Position numbers and translations under genes: made by a program | Shown: positions 7,060 to 16,310 of the stretch, piece by piece | How positions within the stretch are numbered: the first letter of the stretch is position 1 | Layout of the letters: each line of letters opens with the position of its first letter | Assembly: GCA_046726415.1 (NCBI GenBank) | Contig: JBKPAK010000048.1 | Span: 1-20,390, forward strand | Origin: Candidatus Methylomirabilota bacterium | GTDB taxonomy: Bacteria > Methylomirabilota > Methylomirabilia > Rokubacteriales > CSP1-6 | Direction: 5' to 3' | Length of the DNA: 20,390 nt | Notes under the pieces: model-generated | What the model saw: only the letters and a program-made list of their open reading frames with translations | The model's database searches: none | What the model was told of the DNA's origin: nothing

Positions 7060-8474
7060 GGTCGAGTCTCGGGGGCACCGGCGCCGAGGGTCTCGAAGCG
7101 GGTGCGGAAGAGCTCGCGCGGGTCCGTCACTTCGATCACGTGGTTGAGCGTCCACTCGTAGGCCGGGCGCGCGTGCAGCACTTCGTCCGACATGATGGCG
7201 GCGGTCCCCGCCGTGCCCTTCACGTCGGGTAGCCGGGCATAGAAGAGGTTCTTGCCCGCAATGTGGCAGATCGTCTCGGCGCGGGCAGCATCGTCACAGG
7301 CCACCTCCACCACGATGCCGACCTCGAGCGGCGTCCGCGCCGGCGTCGGCTCCATCGCTTCCATGACCGCGTTACGACCGTAGACGTGATAGAAGACGTC
7401 GTATCGCTCGCCGATTGGCCCGAAGCGCTCCGTGAGCTTGCCCTTGGCCCAGGCAATGGCGAGGTCGAGGTTGGCGATGGTATAGGGGTCGCGGATGCCG
7501 ACGATGAAGAGCGCGCGCTCGGCGACCTTGCCCGATCCCTCGAGCTTGATCCACGTCGTCGGGCTCGGCACGAACGTTTGTCCGGTGACGCGGGTGGTCT
7601 TCTCGTCGACCTGCTCGTAGCGGCAGTGCGTCATGTCGAGGTAGCCGCCGGGCACGTACTCCCGGAACGGATTGAGCCGCTCGTACATCGCGTGGCTGGC
7701 CACCGAGGCCGGCGTGCACCGCTGGTCGGGGTGCATCGCCGTGAGGTAGACGCCGGTGCCGTCCACCCGACCGAGGATGGTTTCCTTGCCCATGAACGGC
7801 TCGCCGCAGAACGACGCGCACTCCATGGCCTTGCCACAGAAGAACGCGTCGGCCAGGGAGTGTCCCGCGTTGAGGAGTGGTGCCGCGAAGATCGCGCAGT
7901 CGCTGCTGCGTCCCGCGATGACCACGTCGGCGCCGGCCTCGAGCGCGGCGCAGATCGGCTCGGCGCCCATCACCGCGACGATGCGGTCGGTGCGGTCGAG
8001 CGCCGCGGAGTCGCAGTCGGCCCGGCCGTTAAGCCCGCGGACCGTCGCGCCGTCTTTGAGGCGCCGCCGGATCTCCTCGACCGGAGTCTCGGCGTAGATC
8101 GCCGCCAACCGAAACGGCTCGAGCCCGTGCTCGGTGGCAATCTCCCGGACGAGCCGCACGTACTGGTTGACTCCGCGGTCAGTGCCGGTGTCCGAGGCCG
8201 AACCGAGAATGAGCGGGATCCTGAGCCGCCTGGCCGCCAGCAGCATCGCTTCGATGTCGTGGCGTTGCCAGACTTCGTCGGAGGCTGGCTTGTCCGCGCC
8301 GAGCGGATACGGTCCGATGTCGGCGCTGCCCGAGTCGGCGACGATGAAATCGGGCGACGCGGCGCAGCCGCGCTCGAAGCTCGCCTTCTCGAGCGGAGTA
8401 GTGCCGAGATGACCGGTCGGCGTGATGATGCGGATTGATTTCAAGAGATCGGGCCTTGAATGGTCATTCGCCAC
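7056..8474 (-). CDS. Acyclic terpene utilization AtuA / DUF1446 family protein, about 462-472 aa (start GTG 8474 or TTG 8444)
   Basis: Motifs PTGHLG, DSGSADIGPYPLG, VAVMGAEPI..AL..GADVVIAGRSSD, GKAMECASFC, SVASHAMYE..NP....VPGG.LD, IKLEG, GIRDP. Coupled to a DUF4387 gene. Confidence 0.88.
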   Translation of the reverse strand: MANDHSRPDLLKSIRIITPTGHLGTTPLEKASFERGCAASPDFIVADSGSADIGPYPLGADKPASDEVWQRHDIEAMLLAARRLRIPLILGSASDTGTDRGVNQYVRLVREIATEHGLEPFRLAAIYAETPVEEIRRRLKDGATVRGLNGRADCDSAALDRTDRIVAVMGAEPICAALEAGADVVIAGRSSDCAIFAAPLLNAGHSLADAFFCGKAMECASFCGEPFMGKETILGRVDGTGVYLTAMHPDQRCTPASVASHAMYERLNPFREYVPGGYLDMTHCRYEQVDEKTTRVTGQTFVPSPTTWIKLEGSGKVAERALFIVGIRDPYTIANLDLAIAWAKGKLTERFGPIGERYDVFYHVYGRNAVMEAMEPTPARTPLEVGIVVEVACDDAARAETICHIAGKNLFYARLPDVKGTAGTAAIMSDEVLHARPAYEWTLNHVIEVTDPRELFRTRFETLGAGAPETRP

Positions 8475-9363
8475 GCAGGCGCGGGTCGAGAAGATCGCGC
8501 AGGGCGTCGCCCACGACGTTGAAGGCCAGCACGGCCAGCATGATGGCCAGCCCCGAGAACGTGGTGATCCACGGGCAGCACTTGATGTACTGGCGGCCCT
8601 CGCTGAGGATGTTGCCCCAGCTCGGCGTGGGTGGCGGGATGCCGAGGCCGAGGAAGGACAGGCTCGCCTCCGTGCGGATGGCCGTGGCGATGTAGAGCGT
8701 GGCCACCACCACCAGCCCGTAGAGCGCATTGGGAAAGACGTGGCTCTTCATGATGCGGAGCTGCCCGGAGCCGAGGGCTCGCGCGGCCACGATGTAGTCC
8801 TGCTCGCGGATCGTGAGGGTCAGGCTTCGGGATAGCCGGACGAAGTTCGGGGTCAGCGCCACCCCGATGGCGAGGATCTCGTTGAGCAAGGTGCCGCCCA
8901 GCGCGGTGACGATGATCAGGGCAAGCAGCAGGGTGGGGAAGGCCATGAGCATGTCGGTGCCGCGCATGATGATCACCTCGGCCGACGCCCCGCGATAGCC
9001 CGCGTAGATTCCCAGCGGCACCCCGAACACGAACCCGAACAGCACTGAGGCGAGGCCGACCTCGAGGGAGACGCGCGCGCCCCAGATGATGCGACTCAGG
9101 ATATCGCGTCCGAACTCGTCCGTTCCCAGGAGGTGGCGCTCAACGGCCCTCGGACCCTTCAGCACCGCGTCGGAGAACTGCGCCGAGGGGCTCAGGGGGG
9201 CGAGGAGGGGAGCCGCCGCGGCCATCACGACCATGGCCGCCGCGAGCACCGTTCCGATGCCGATGGGGAGCCACCGGCGCCAATGGCCGGCGGCGCTCCG
9301 CGTCTGCTCTAGGGTTGCGGGGAGGGTCAGGTCGATCGGGTCGGCGCGCGGGCTGATGGCCAT
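8464..9363 (-). CDS. Peptide/nickel ABC transporter permease, DppC/OppC-like
   Basis: HLLGTDEFGRDILSRIIWGAR.SL, EAA loop YIVAARALG, EASLSFLGLGIPPPTPSWG, FNVVGDALRDLLDPR. Confidence 0.95.
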   Translation of the reverse strand: MAISPRADPIDLTLPATLEQTRSAAGHWRRWLPIGIGTVLAAAMVVMAAAAPLLAPLSPSAQFSDAVLKGPRAVERHLLGTDEFGRDILSRIIWGARVSLEVGLASVLFGFVFGVPLGIYAGYRGASAEVIIMRGTDMLMAFPTLLLALIIVTALGGTLLNEILAIGVALTPNFVRLSRSLTLTIREQDYIVAARALGSGQLRIMKSHVFPNALYGLVVVATLYIATAIRTEASLSFLGLGIPPPTPSWGNILSEGRQYIKCCPWITTFSGLAIMLAVLAFNVVGDALRDLLDPRLRGE

Positions 9364-9382
9364 CGGGCGTTCTGGTCTCGCC

Positions 9383-10387
<1,005 letters not shown>

Positions 10388-10408
10388 GGCTCAGCTCCTT
10401 AGGGGGTT

Positions 10409-10516
10409 GAGGGCGTGGTCGGCCCTCCCAAGCACCGCGCGCGATCGAGGGACGCCCCGGCGCAGCCGAGGCGTCCCGAGCGTCGGGGGGCTTGGGGGGC
10501 CCTTTCGTGGCCCCCC
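10409..10516. repeat. Cluster of three GC-rich hairpins between the SBP and permease genes
   Basis: GAGGGC..GCCCTC (10409-10427); GGGACGCC.CGGC-gca-GCCG.GGCGTCCC (10449-10477); GGGGGGC..GCCCCCC (10494-10516). Confidence 0.7.
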
Positions 10517-10523
10517 ATCTTCA

Positions 10524-12119
10524 CTAGTTCAGCACCTTCAGCATCTCTGGGTAGTTGTAGCTGTAGTGCAACGCGAACTCGCCGTACTCGGGGTCGAACG
10601 GCGTGCTCACCCGCTTGGGATTGCGCGCCCATTGCCCCGGCACGTCACTGATGGGCAGGCACACGAGGTCACGCTCGATGCGCTTCTGCGCCTCAGCGTA
10701 GATCGCTGCCCGCCTCTTCACGTCCCTCTCCACCCGTCCCTTCGCGAGCAGGTCGTCGATGGCCCGGTAGTGCGCGAAGTTGCTGCCCTTGTTCCCGGTG
10801 GCCGGGTTTGGGATCTCGCTGCTGTCGAAGAACAGGGACAACCACGGATCGGCGTCGGTCAGGCGCGTGCCGCCGTAGAGGACGAAGGGGTTGAGGTTCT
10901 TGCGGATGTTCTCGTGGTAGGTCGCATGCTCGACGACCTGGAGCTCCACGACGATCCCTGACTTCTTGAGCTGTTCCTGGGCCAGGGTGAGTACCTTGGG
11001 ATAGAAGAACGACTTGCTGATGAAGTAGTTCTTGATGGTGAACCCGTTGGGGTGGCCCGCCTCGGCGAGAAGCTTCTTGGCGAGCTCGGGATTGTGCTCC
11101 GGGAACTCCATCGGAATGTGACCGAAGTAGCCGGGAGGCAGGCAGCTCGACGCCGGGCGCGCGAGCCCTCCGGGATACATCGTCTCCTTGATCGCCTTGC
11201 GGTCGATGGCGTGCATGAATGCTTTGCGCACGCGGATGTCATCGAAGGGCGGTTTGGTCATGTTGATGTAGAAGCGCTCCTGGCCGCCCGGCCCCCGCCG
11301 GTCGATCACAGCTCCCATCTTCTTGACCTGGTCAGCGAAGTCGGCGGTGACCGCCTCGGGGTAAAGGAGGTCGAACGTCCCCTTCTCGAGGCCAATCAGC
11401 TTGGTGGCGTCCTCGGGCACGTCGAACCAGTGGACCTCGTCGATCTGCGGGCGGCCCCCGTAATACTTATCGAAGGCCTTGAGGACCACCTTCTCGCGCG
11501 GAGAGTGTCGGTCGAAGTAGAAGGGCCCGGTGCCGACGGGGTTCCACTTGAACTGGTCGCCGTACTTCTCGACCGCCTTCTTCGACACGATGTACCCCGC
11601 CTGGTAGCCCACCACGCGCAGAAGGAAGATGGGATCGAAGGCCTTGAGGGCGATCTGCACCGTGTGGGGATCCACGACCTCGATGGACTTGACCACCTCG
11701 AGAACCTCGGCGAACCGGGTGCCGGGCGCGCGATTGATCTGGCGGTCAAAGCTGAACTTGACGTCCTCGGCCGTGAGCTCGCCGAAGCCCTTGTGGAACT
11801 GGACGCCCTTCTTGAGCTTGAACGTCCAGACCGCACCGTCAGACGAGGTCGTCCAGCTCTCGGCCAGGTCCGGCTCGACCTCGGACGTGATCACCTTACC
11901 GCCCTTGATGGCGAAGCGCGTGAGTCCCCGATACATGAAGCGCTTGATGGCTTGAGTCTGCCCGAGGATGCTCGTGTGCGGATCGAGCGTTTCTGGCTCC
12001 TTGGCCGCGATGTTGAGGACCTTTTTTTGGGCGTCGGCGGGTCCAGGTGGGACGAGGGCGAAGACGACCAGGATGGCCAAGCCGAGCAGGGCAAACCGTG
12101 ACCGAGTCAGCCGCAACAT
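10524..12119 (-). CDS. ABC transporter substrate-binding protein, family 5, 531 aa
   Basis: ATG at 12119 after GGGAGGAA. Signal peptide MLRLTRSRFALLGLAILVVFALVPPGPADA/Q. Motifs EPETLDPH, PDLAESW, FKLKKGVQFH, TAEDVKFSF, PVGTGPF, AKKLLAEAGHPNGF. Confidence 0.94.
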   Translation of the reverse strand: MLRLTRSRFALLGLAILVVFALVPPGPADAQKKVLNIAAKEPETLDPHTSILGQTQAIKRFMYRGLTRFAIKGGKVITSEVEPDLAESWTTSSDGAVWTFKLKKGVQFHKGFGELTAEDVKFSFDRQINRAPGTRFAEVLEVVKSIEVVDPHTVQIALKAFDPIFLLRVVGYQAGYIVSKKAVEKYGDQFKWNPVGTGPFYFDRHSPREKVVLKAFDKYYGGRPQIDEVHWFDVPEDATKLIGLEKGTFDLLYPEAVTADFADQVKKMGAVIDRRGPGGQERFYINMTKPPFDDIRVRKAFMHAIDRKAIKETMYPGGLARPASSCLPPGYFGHIPMEFPEHNPELAKKLLAEAGHPNGFTIKNYFISKSFFYPKVLTLAQEQLKKSGIVVELQVVEHATYHENIRKNLNPFVLYGGTRLTDADPWLSLFFDSSEIPNPATGNKGSNFAHYRAIDDLLAKGRVERDVKRRAAIYAEAQKRIERDLVCLPISDVPGQWARNPKRVSTPFDPEYGEFALHYSYNYPEMLKVLN

Positions 12120-12320
12120 GGGGTTCCTCCCTTGGGATCGGTGCACCGGCGCTGGGCGGCCGCGCGCTGGGCAGGGATCCGCGGAGCCCCGCCGAGAGCC
12201 GTTCGTCGTTGGAGTTGGTCCGGGCATGCCGGCCTCCAGATGCATCATCTTGAACCCCGGCGAGCGGGCTTGCCTCCACGAGGAGAGACAGGCACCAGCC
12301 CCGGCTCCCGAGTGGGGCAA

Positions 12321-12349
12321 AGGATAGACGAACGCGATAAGCCGAACAA
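12321..12349 (-). promoter_or_regulatory. Putative sigma70 promoter of the SBP-permease-AtuA operon
   Basis: Minus strand TTGTTC-N17-TATCCT; would imply a leader of about 195 nt. Confidence 0.4.
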
Positions 12350-12425
12350 GAGCCCGTCGAGTTGCTCGTCGCCCAGGCACCGGCCGCCGCTGAAGCAGTT
12401 GACGGGTTTCCCTCCGTGCGACGCC

Positions 12426-12434
12426 TGCTATTCT
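12426..12434 (+). promoter_or_regulatory. Putative extended -10 promoter of the aldo/keto reductase
   Basis: TGcTATTCT, 34 nt upstream of the ATG at 12469. Confidence 0.45.
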
Positions 12435-12468
12435 TGCGCGAGGCCTAGATCTCACCGCGAGGGTTGCC

Positions 12469-13506
12469 ATGCGCTACCGCCCGTTCGGCCGGACCGGATT
12501 ACAGGTGTCCGTGGTGGGCTTCGGCTGCTGGCCAATGGCCGGCGACCGCTACGGGGCGATCGAAGACGACGAGGCCGTAAAGGCTATCCACCGGGCCCTC
12601 GAACGAGGGGTGAACTGCGTGGACACCGCGCCGGCCTACGGGGCCGGTCATTCGGAGGAGGTCGTGGGGCGTGCCCTCGAAGGGCGCCGCCGGGACGTCA
12701 TCCTCGTCACCAAGTGCGGCGTGAAAGCTCCGCCGCCCGGCCAGCTCGGGCCCTTGCGCGACTCGAGCCGGGCCAACATCCTGCACGAGGTCGACGCGAG
12801 CATGAAGCGACTGCGCACCGACTGGGTGGATGTGCTCCTCGTCCACTGGCCGGACGCCGGCACGCCGTTCGAGGAAACTATGCGCGCGCTGGAGGAAGTC
12901 GTGGCCACCGGGCGCGCCCGCTTCGTCGGTGTGTCGAATTTCACCGGAGCCATGATGGCCGAGTGCATGCGCGTTCGGCGCGTCGACGTGCTGCAGGTCG
13001 GCTATCACATGCTCGACCGCCGGCAGGAGACGGAGACATTCCCGTACTGCCTCGCCCAGGGTGTCGGGGTCATGGGCTACGGCTCCCTCGGCCACGGCCT
13101 CCTCACCGGCGCCTTCACTGCCGCGACGACCTTCGACCCCGCCCGCGACTGGCGCGGCAACGGCGTGGCCTTCGGCCAGCCCATCTTCCGCGGCGACAAC
13201 TTCTCGAGAAATCTCGGCGTGGTCGAGCGGCTCCGACGTGAGGTGGCCGAGCCGCGCGGAGTGCCCCTGAGCCAGATCGCCCTGGCCTGGGTGCTTGGCC
13301 ACCCCGCAATCAGCACCGCGCTGGTGGGCGCCCGCACGCCCGCCGAGGTGGATGCCAACGACGCCGGCGCAGAGCTCGACCTCTCTTCGGGCGAGCGCAG
13401 TGCCATCGACGCCATCCTCACCGGAGTGGCCGGCCGCGTGCGCGAGTTCACCCCACTGCGACCGGCCATGGAACCGTGGGGCGAGGAGATCCCGGCCGCC
13501 CGATGA
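12469..13506 (+). CDS. Aldo/keto reductase, 345 aa
   Basis: MRYRPFGRTGLQVSVVGFGCW; catalytic tetrad in DTAPAYG (D, Y), VTK (K) and VHWPD (H); also GVSNF, SQIALAWVL, VGART. Confidence 0.95.
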   Translation: MRYRPFGRTGLQVSVVGFGCWPMAGDRYGAIEDDEAVKAIHRALERGVNCVDTAPAYGAGHSEEVVGRALEGRRRDVILVTKCGVKAPPPGQLGPLRDSSRANILHEVDASMKRLRTDWVDVLLVHWPDAGTPFEETMRALEEVVATGRARFVGVSNFTGAMMAECMRVRRVDVLQVGYHMLDRRQETETFPYCLAQGVGVMGYGSLGHGLLTGAFTAATTFDPARDWRGNGVAFGQPIFRGDNFSRNLGVVERLRREVAEPRGVPLSQIALAWVLGHPAISTALVGARTPAEVDANDAGAELDLSSGERSAIDAILTGVAGRVREFTPLRPAMEPWGEEIPAAR

Positions 13507-13660
13507 GTGCCTCTGTCGGCATCCGCATCCCGCCCTGCGCGACGATCCGAGAGGTGGCCCCGGGCCGCCTGACGGGCTTCAGCCACATCTGCACGGGCTT
13601 GCGGCCCGCTCCGCTACAGGGCGAGGAGGTGCTTTTCTCAGGCCCCTTGATCGCGCTAGG
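13503..13660 (+). pseudogene. Probable deletion remnant of an LLM-class flavin-dependent oxidoreductase
   Basis: ATG overlaps the AKR stop (ATGA). MSASVGIRIPPCATIREVA resembles LLM N-termini and LQGEEVLFSG resembles an internal LLM segment; the rest is missing. Confidence 0.5.
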
Positions 13661-13725
13661 GGCACCGACGCGTCGAATGTCACGAACCGTCCGCGGCCAA
13701 CGTTCGCCGGGCTGGTTGACTCGCG

Positions 13726-14520
13726 CTAGCACTGCGACTGCAGCCCGTCGACGTAGATGCACTCCCCGGAAATATAGCTGGCCTCGGCCGAGGCCAAAAA
13801 GACGATGGCATTGGCCTGGTCCTGCGCTGCACCCAGACGCCCGAGCGGCACCCCGATGCGGAAAATCCCCAAGTCCCCCTTGAGCTGCCCTTCCCGCCGC
13901 GCCTCTGCGCTGCCAGCCGGTTCGGGCACGCCGGAATTCTGGCGCAGGTTGGTGATGGTCGCTCCCGGTCCCACCGCGTTCACCGTGATCCCGTACTGCG
14001 CCAGTTCCATGGCCAGGCAGCGCGTGAAGTGGAGCACGGCGGCCTTCGACACGCAGTACGCTCCGATCTCCCACCGCGGTATCTTGGCCGCCGTCGACGC
14101 CGTGTTGACGATCCGTCCCCCGCGCGCTTCGATCATCGACGGCACGATGGCCTGACAGCAGAAGAGCATGCTCTTGAGATTCACATCGAGCACCCGCCGC
14201 CAGGCCGCCGCCTCGACGTCCACGATGGACATGGATGGCAACGCGACCCCGGCATTGTTCACGAGGACGTGAACGGGGCCGTAGGTCGCGTGCACCGCGG
14301 CCACCATCGCATCGACCGATGCGCGCTTGCTCACGTCTACCGTGAATGCCGCCGCTCGACCCCCGCCGTGACGAATCGCCTGAGTGGTCTCTTCCGCACT
14401 GCGCTGATTGACGTCGGCTACCGCCACCTGTGCTCCCTGCCGCGCAAACGTCTCGGCAGCGGCTCGGCCGATGCCCGAGCCAGCGCCCGTGATCAATACC
14501 GTCCGGTCGCCACCGGCCAT
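13726..14520 (-). CDS. SDR oxidoreductase, DhbA/EntA-like, 264 aa
   Basis: ATG after GGAGGGAGG. TGAGSGIG, NNAG, NTAS, YCVSK, FTRCLAMELA, FRIGVPLGRLG. Confidence 0.9.
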   Translation of the reverse strand: MAGGDRTVLITGAGSGIGRAAAETFARQGAQVAVADVNQRSAEETTQAIRHGGGRAAAFTVDVSKRASVDAMVAAVHATYGPVHVLVNNAGVALPSMSIVDVEAAAWRRVLDVNLKSMLFCCQAIVPSMIEARGGRIVNTASTAAKIPRWEIGAYCVSKAAVLHFTRCLAMELAQYGITVNAVGPGATITNLRQNSGVPEPAGSAEARREGQLKGDLGIFRIGVPLGRLGAAQDQANAIVFLASAEASYISGECIYVDGLQSQC

Positions 14521-14627
14521 TTTTTGCCTCCCTCCGGGCGCGCGAACCATGAGCGCACCGCGTCGTCGTCACCGGCTTCGAGCGGGGGCTTTGCCCCGCG
14601 CCATCCTCGACCGAACACGGTGGAGGC

Positions 14628-14657
14628 ATCGGGGGAGCGAACCGCCGCTCCCCCGAT
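14628..14657. repeat. REP-like perfect hairpin, same family as 920-950
   Basis: ATCGGGGGAGCG-aaccgc-CGCTCCCCCGAT: 12-bp stem abutting the SDR stop codon at 14658. Confidence 0.8.
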
Positions 14658-15443
14658 CTAGCTCAATTGCGCCATGCCGTCGACGTTGAGGATCGCTCCG
14701 GTGATGTGATGCGCCTCCTCGGAGGCCAGGTAGACGATGGCGGACGCCACGTCCTCGGGCTTGCCGAGCTTCCCCAGAGGCACTCCCAGGCGGAAGAGCT
14801 CGGGCGTACCCGCCACGAAGCGCGCGCGTATCTGCTGATCGTCCTCGGGCCCCAGCATGGAAGTATCGATCGGCCCTGGAGCTATCGCATTGACCGTGAT
14901 CCCGTGCCGCGCTAGCTCCAGGGCCAGGCATTTGGTGAACATGCGCACGCCGGCCTTGGAGACGCCGTAGGCGGCGGCGTTGATCCGGGGAATCGCCCCG
15001 GCCACCGAGGCGATGTTGACAATGCGGCCCGATCGCCGCCGGATCATATGCCGCGCTGCCGCCTGGGCACAGTAGACCGTCCCGAGCAAGTTGACGTCGA
15101 TGATTCGGTCCCAGTCCTTCTCGGCGATGCCGATGACAGGACCGCGGCTCGTCGGCCCCGAGCTGGCGATGCCCGCGGCGTTCACCAGAACATCGAGGCG
15201 CCCCCAGCTCTGCGCGATGCCGTCGATCGCCCGCGCGGCCAGCCCCTGATCGGAGACGTCGAGCTCCACCACGCGCGCCTGCCCCGCCTCGCCTTGGATC
15301 GCCTTCGCCACCTCGGCGAGCCCCGCGGCGTTTTGGTCGCACAGCGCGACGCGTGTGCCTCGGCGGCTCAACGCCAGCGCCGTGGCGCGACCGATGCCTG
15401 ACGCCGCCCCGGTGACGGCGGCCACTCTCTCGGCTCCGGTCAT
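14658..15443 (-). CDS. SDR oxidoreductase, DhbA/EntA-like, 261 aa
   Basis: ATG after CAGGAG. TGAASGIG, NAAG, NIAS, IPRINAAAYGVSK, MFTKCLALELA, FVAGTPELFRLGVPLGKLG. Confidence 0.9.
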   Translation of the reverse strand: MTGAERVAAVTGAASGIGRATALALSRRGTRVALCDQNAAGLAEVAKAIQGEAGQARVVELDVSDQGLAARAIDGIAQSWGRLDVLVNAAGIASSGPTSRGPVIGIAEKDWDRIIDVNLLGTVYCAQAAARHMIRRRSGRIVNIASVAGAIPRINAAAYGVSKAGVRMFTKCLALELARHGITVNAIAPGPIDTSMLGPEDDQQIRARFVAGTPELFRLGVPLGKLGKPEDVASAIVYLASEEAHHITGAILNVDGMAQLS

Positions 15444-15462
15444 CTCCTGTCCCTCCCGCGAC

Positions 15463-16086
15463 TCAGTAGAGGGTCCTCTGGATACCCTCCTCGCTCTCGC
15501 GCTCGTATTCCTCGAGGGTCTTGCCCGCAGGCTTGAGCTTCTCGTAGAGCACGCAGGCCATCGACGGGAGCACCGAGCGATCGGGCCACCCGTCGGGTTC
15601 CCAGAGCCCGGAGCGCCGGAACGCCTTGGGGCAGTGGAAGAAACACTCCTCGACCTCGACACCGATGGCGACGAGCGGCTGCTTGTCGCGAGCCGTCAAG
15701 GTGGCCAGGATCTCCCCGTCGCGCACGATCGAGGCGCGGCCGTTCACGCGCAGCGTTTCCTCCCGGCCCGGGATCAAGAAGATCAACCCCACGTGCGGGT
15801 TCTGGAGAAGGTTGCGCATCCCATCGAGCCGCTTGTTGCCAGGCCGGTCGGGGATGACCAGGTGCCGTTCGTCCAGGACGCGGACGAAGCCCGGCCCGTC
15901 GCCCTTCGGCGAGACGTCGCACTGGCCAGCCGAATTCGACGTGGCCAGCATCAAGAACGGCGAGTGCTCGATGAACTTGCGGCTCGCCTCGTCCAACGTG
16001 GCGCTCTCCTTCTTGACCGCGCGCTCGCCCGGCGAGCCCATCAGTGCGCGCAGCTCATCTTCGCGGGTCACCACGTGCTTGAACAT
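15463..16086 (-). CDS. Pyridoxamine 5'-phosphate oxidase-like FMN-binding protein (MSMEG_1061-like), 207 aa
   Basis: ATG after GAGGAGG. Motifs FIEHSPF, DVSPKGDGPGFV, IPDRPGNKRLD, VGLIFLIPGREETLRVNG, FFHCPKAFRRSGLW. Confidence 0.92.
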   Translation of the reverse strand: MFKHVVTREDELRALMGSPGERAVKKESATLDEASRKFIEHSPFLMLATSNSAGQCDVSPKGDGPGFVRVLDERHLVIPDRPGNKRLDGMRNLLQNPHVGLIFLIPGREETLRVNGRASIVRDGEILATLTARDKQPLVAIGVEVEECFFHCPKAFRRSGLWEPDGWPDRSVLPSMACVLYEKLKPAGKTLEEYERESEEGIQRTLY

Positions 16087-16122
16087 TTCGGCCTCCTCAC
16101 CGCCGTGACTCGATCCAGCGCC

Positions 16123-16151
16123 AAAGTAGGCGGAGCCCGTGGGCAAGTCAA
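16123..16151 (-). promoter_or_regulatory. Putative sigma70 promoter of the PPOX-SDR-SDR unit
   Basis: Minus strand TTGACT-N17-TACTTT, 36 nt upstream of the ATG at 16086. Confidence 0.6.
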
Positions 16152-16310
16152 TCGGCGCGATCCGTAGCGCGTTGAACATCGGCGTGATCCTTGGGCGGGG
16201 CGCATCGCTCCCGCCCTTCAGGCGATCTCCCTTCCGCGCAGCTCTGCTCACGTTCGAGTGGACAGAAGGTCTTCCAGCGCTGCGGCCGTGCGCTCTTCTC
16301 GGCGAACTCG

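Noticed and set aside
12399-12434. TTGACG at 12399 as the -35 box of the AKR promoter
   Set aside because: Spacing to TATTCT is 24 nt, which is too long; only the extended -10 was kept.
13726-15443. Catecholate siderophore biosynthesis cluster
   Set aside because: No dhbB/C/E/F-like genes, TonB-dependent receptor or recognisable Fur box in the window.
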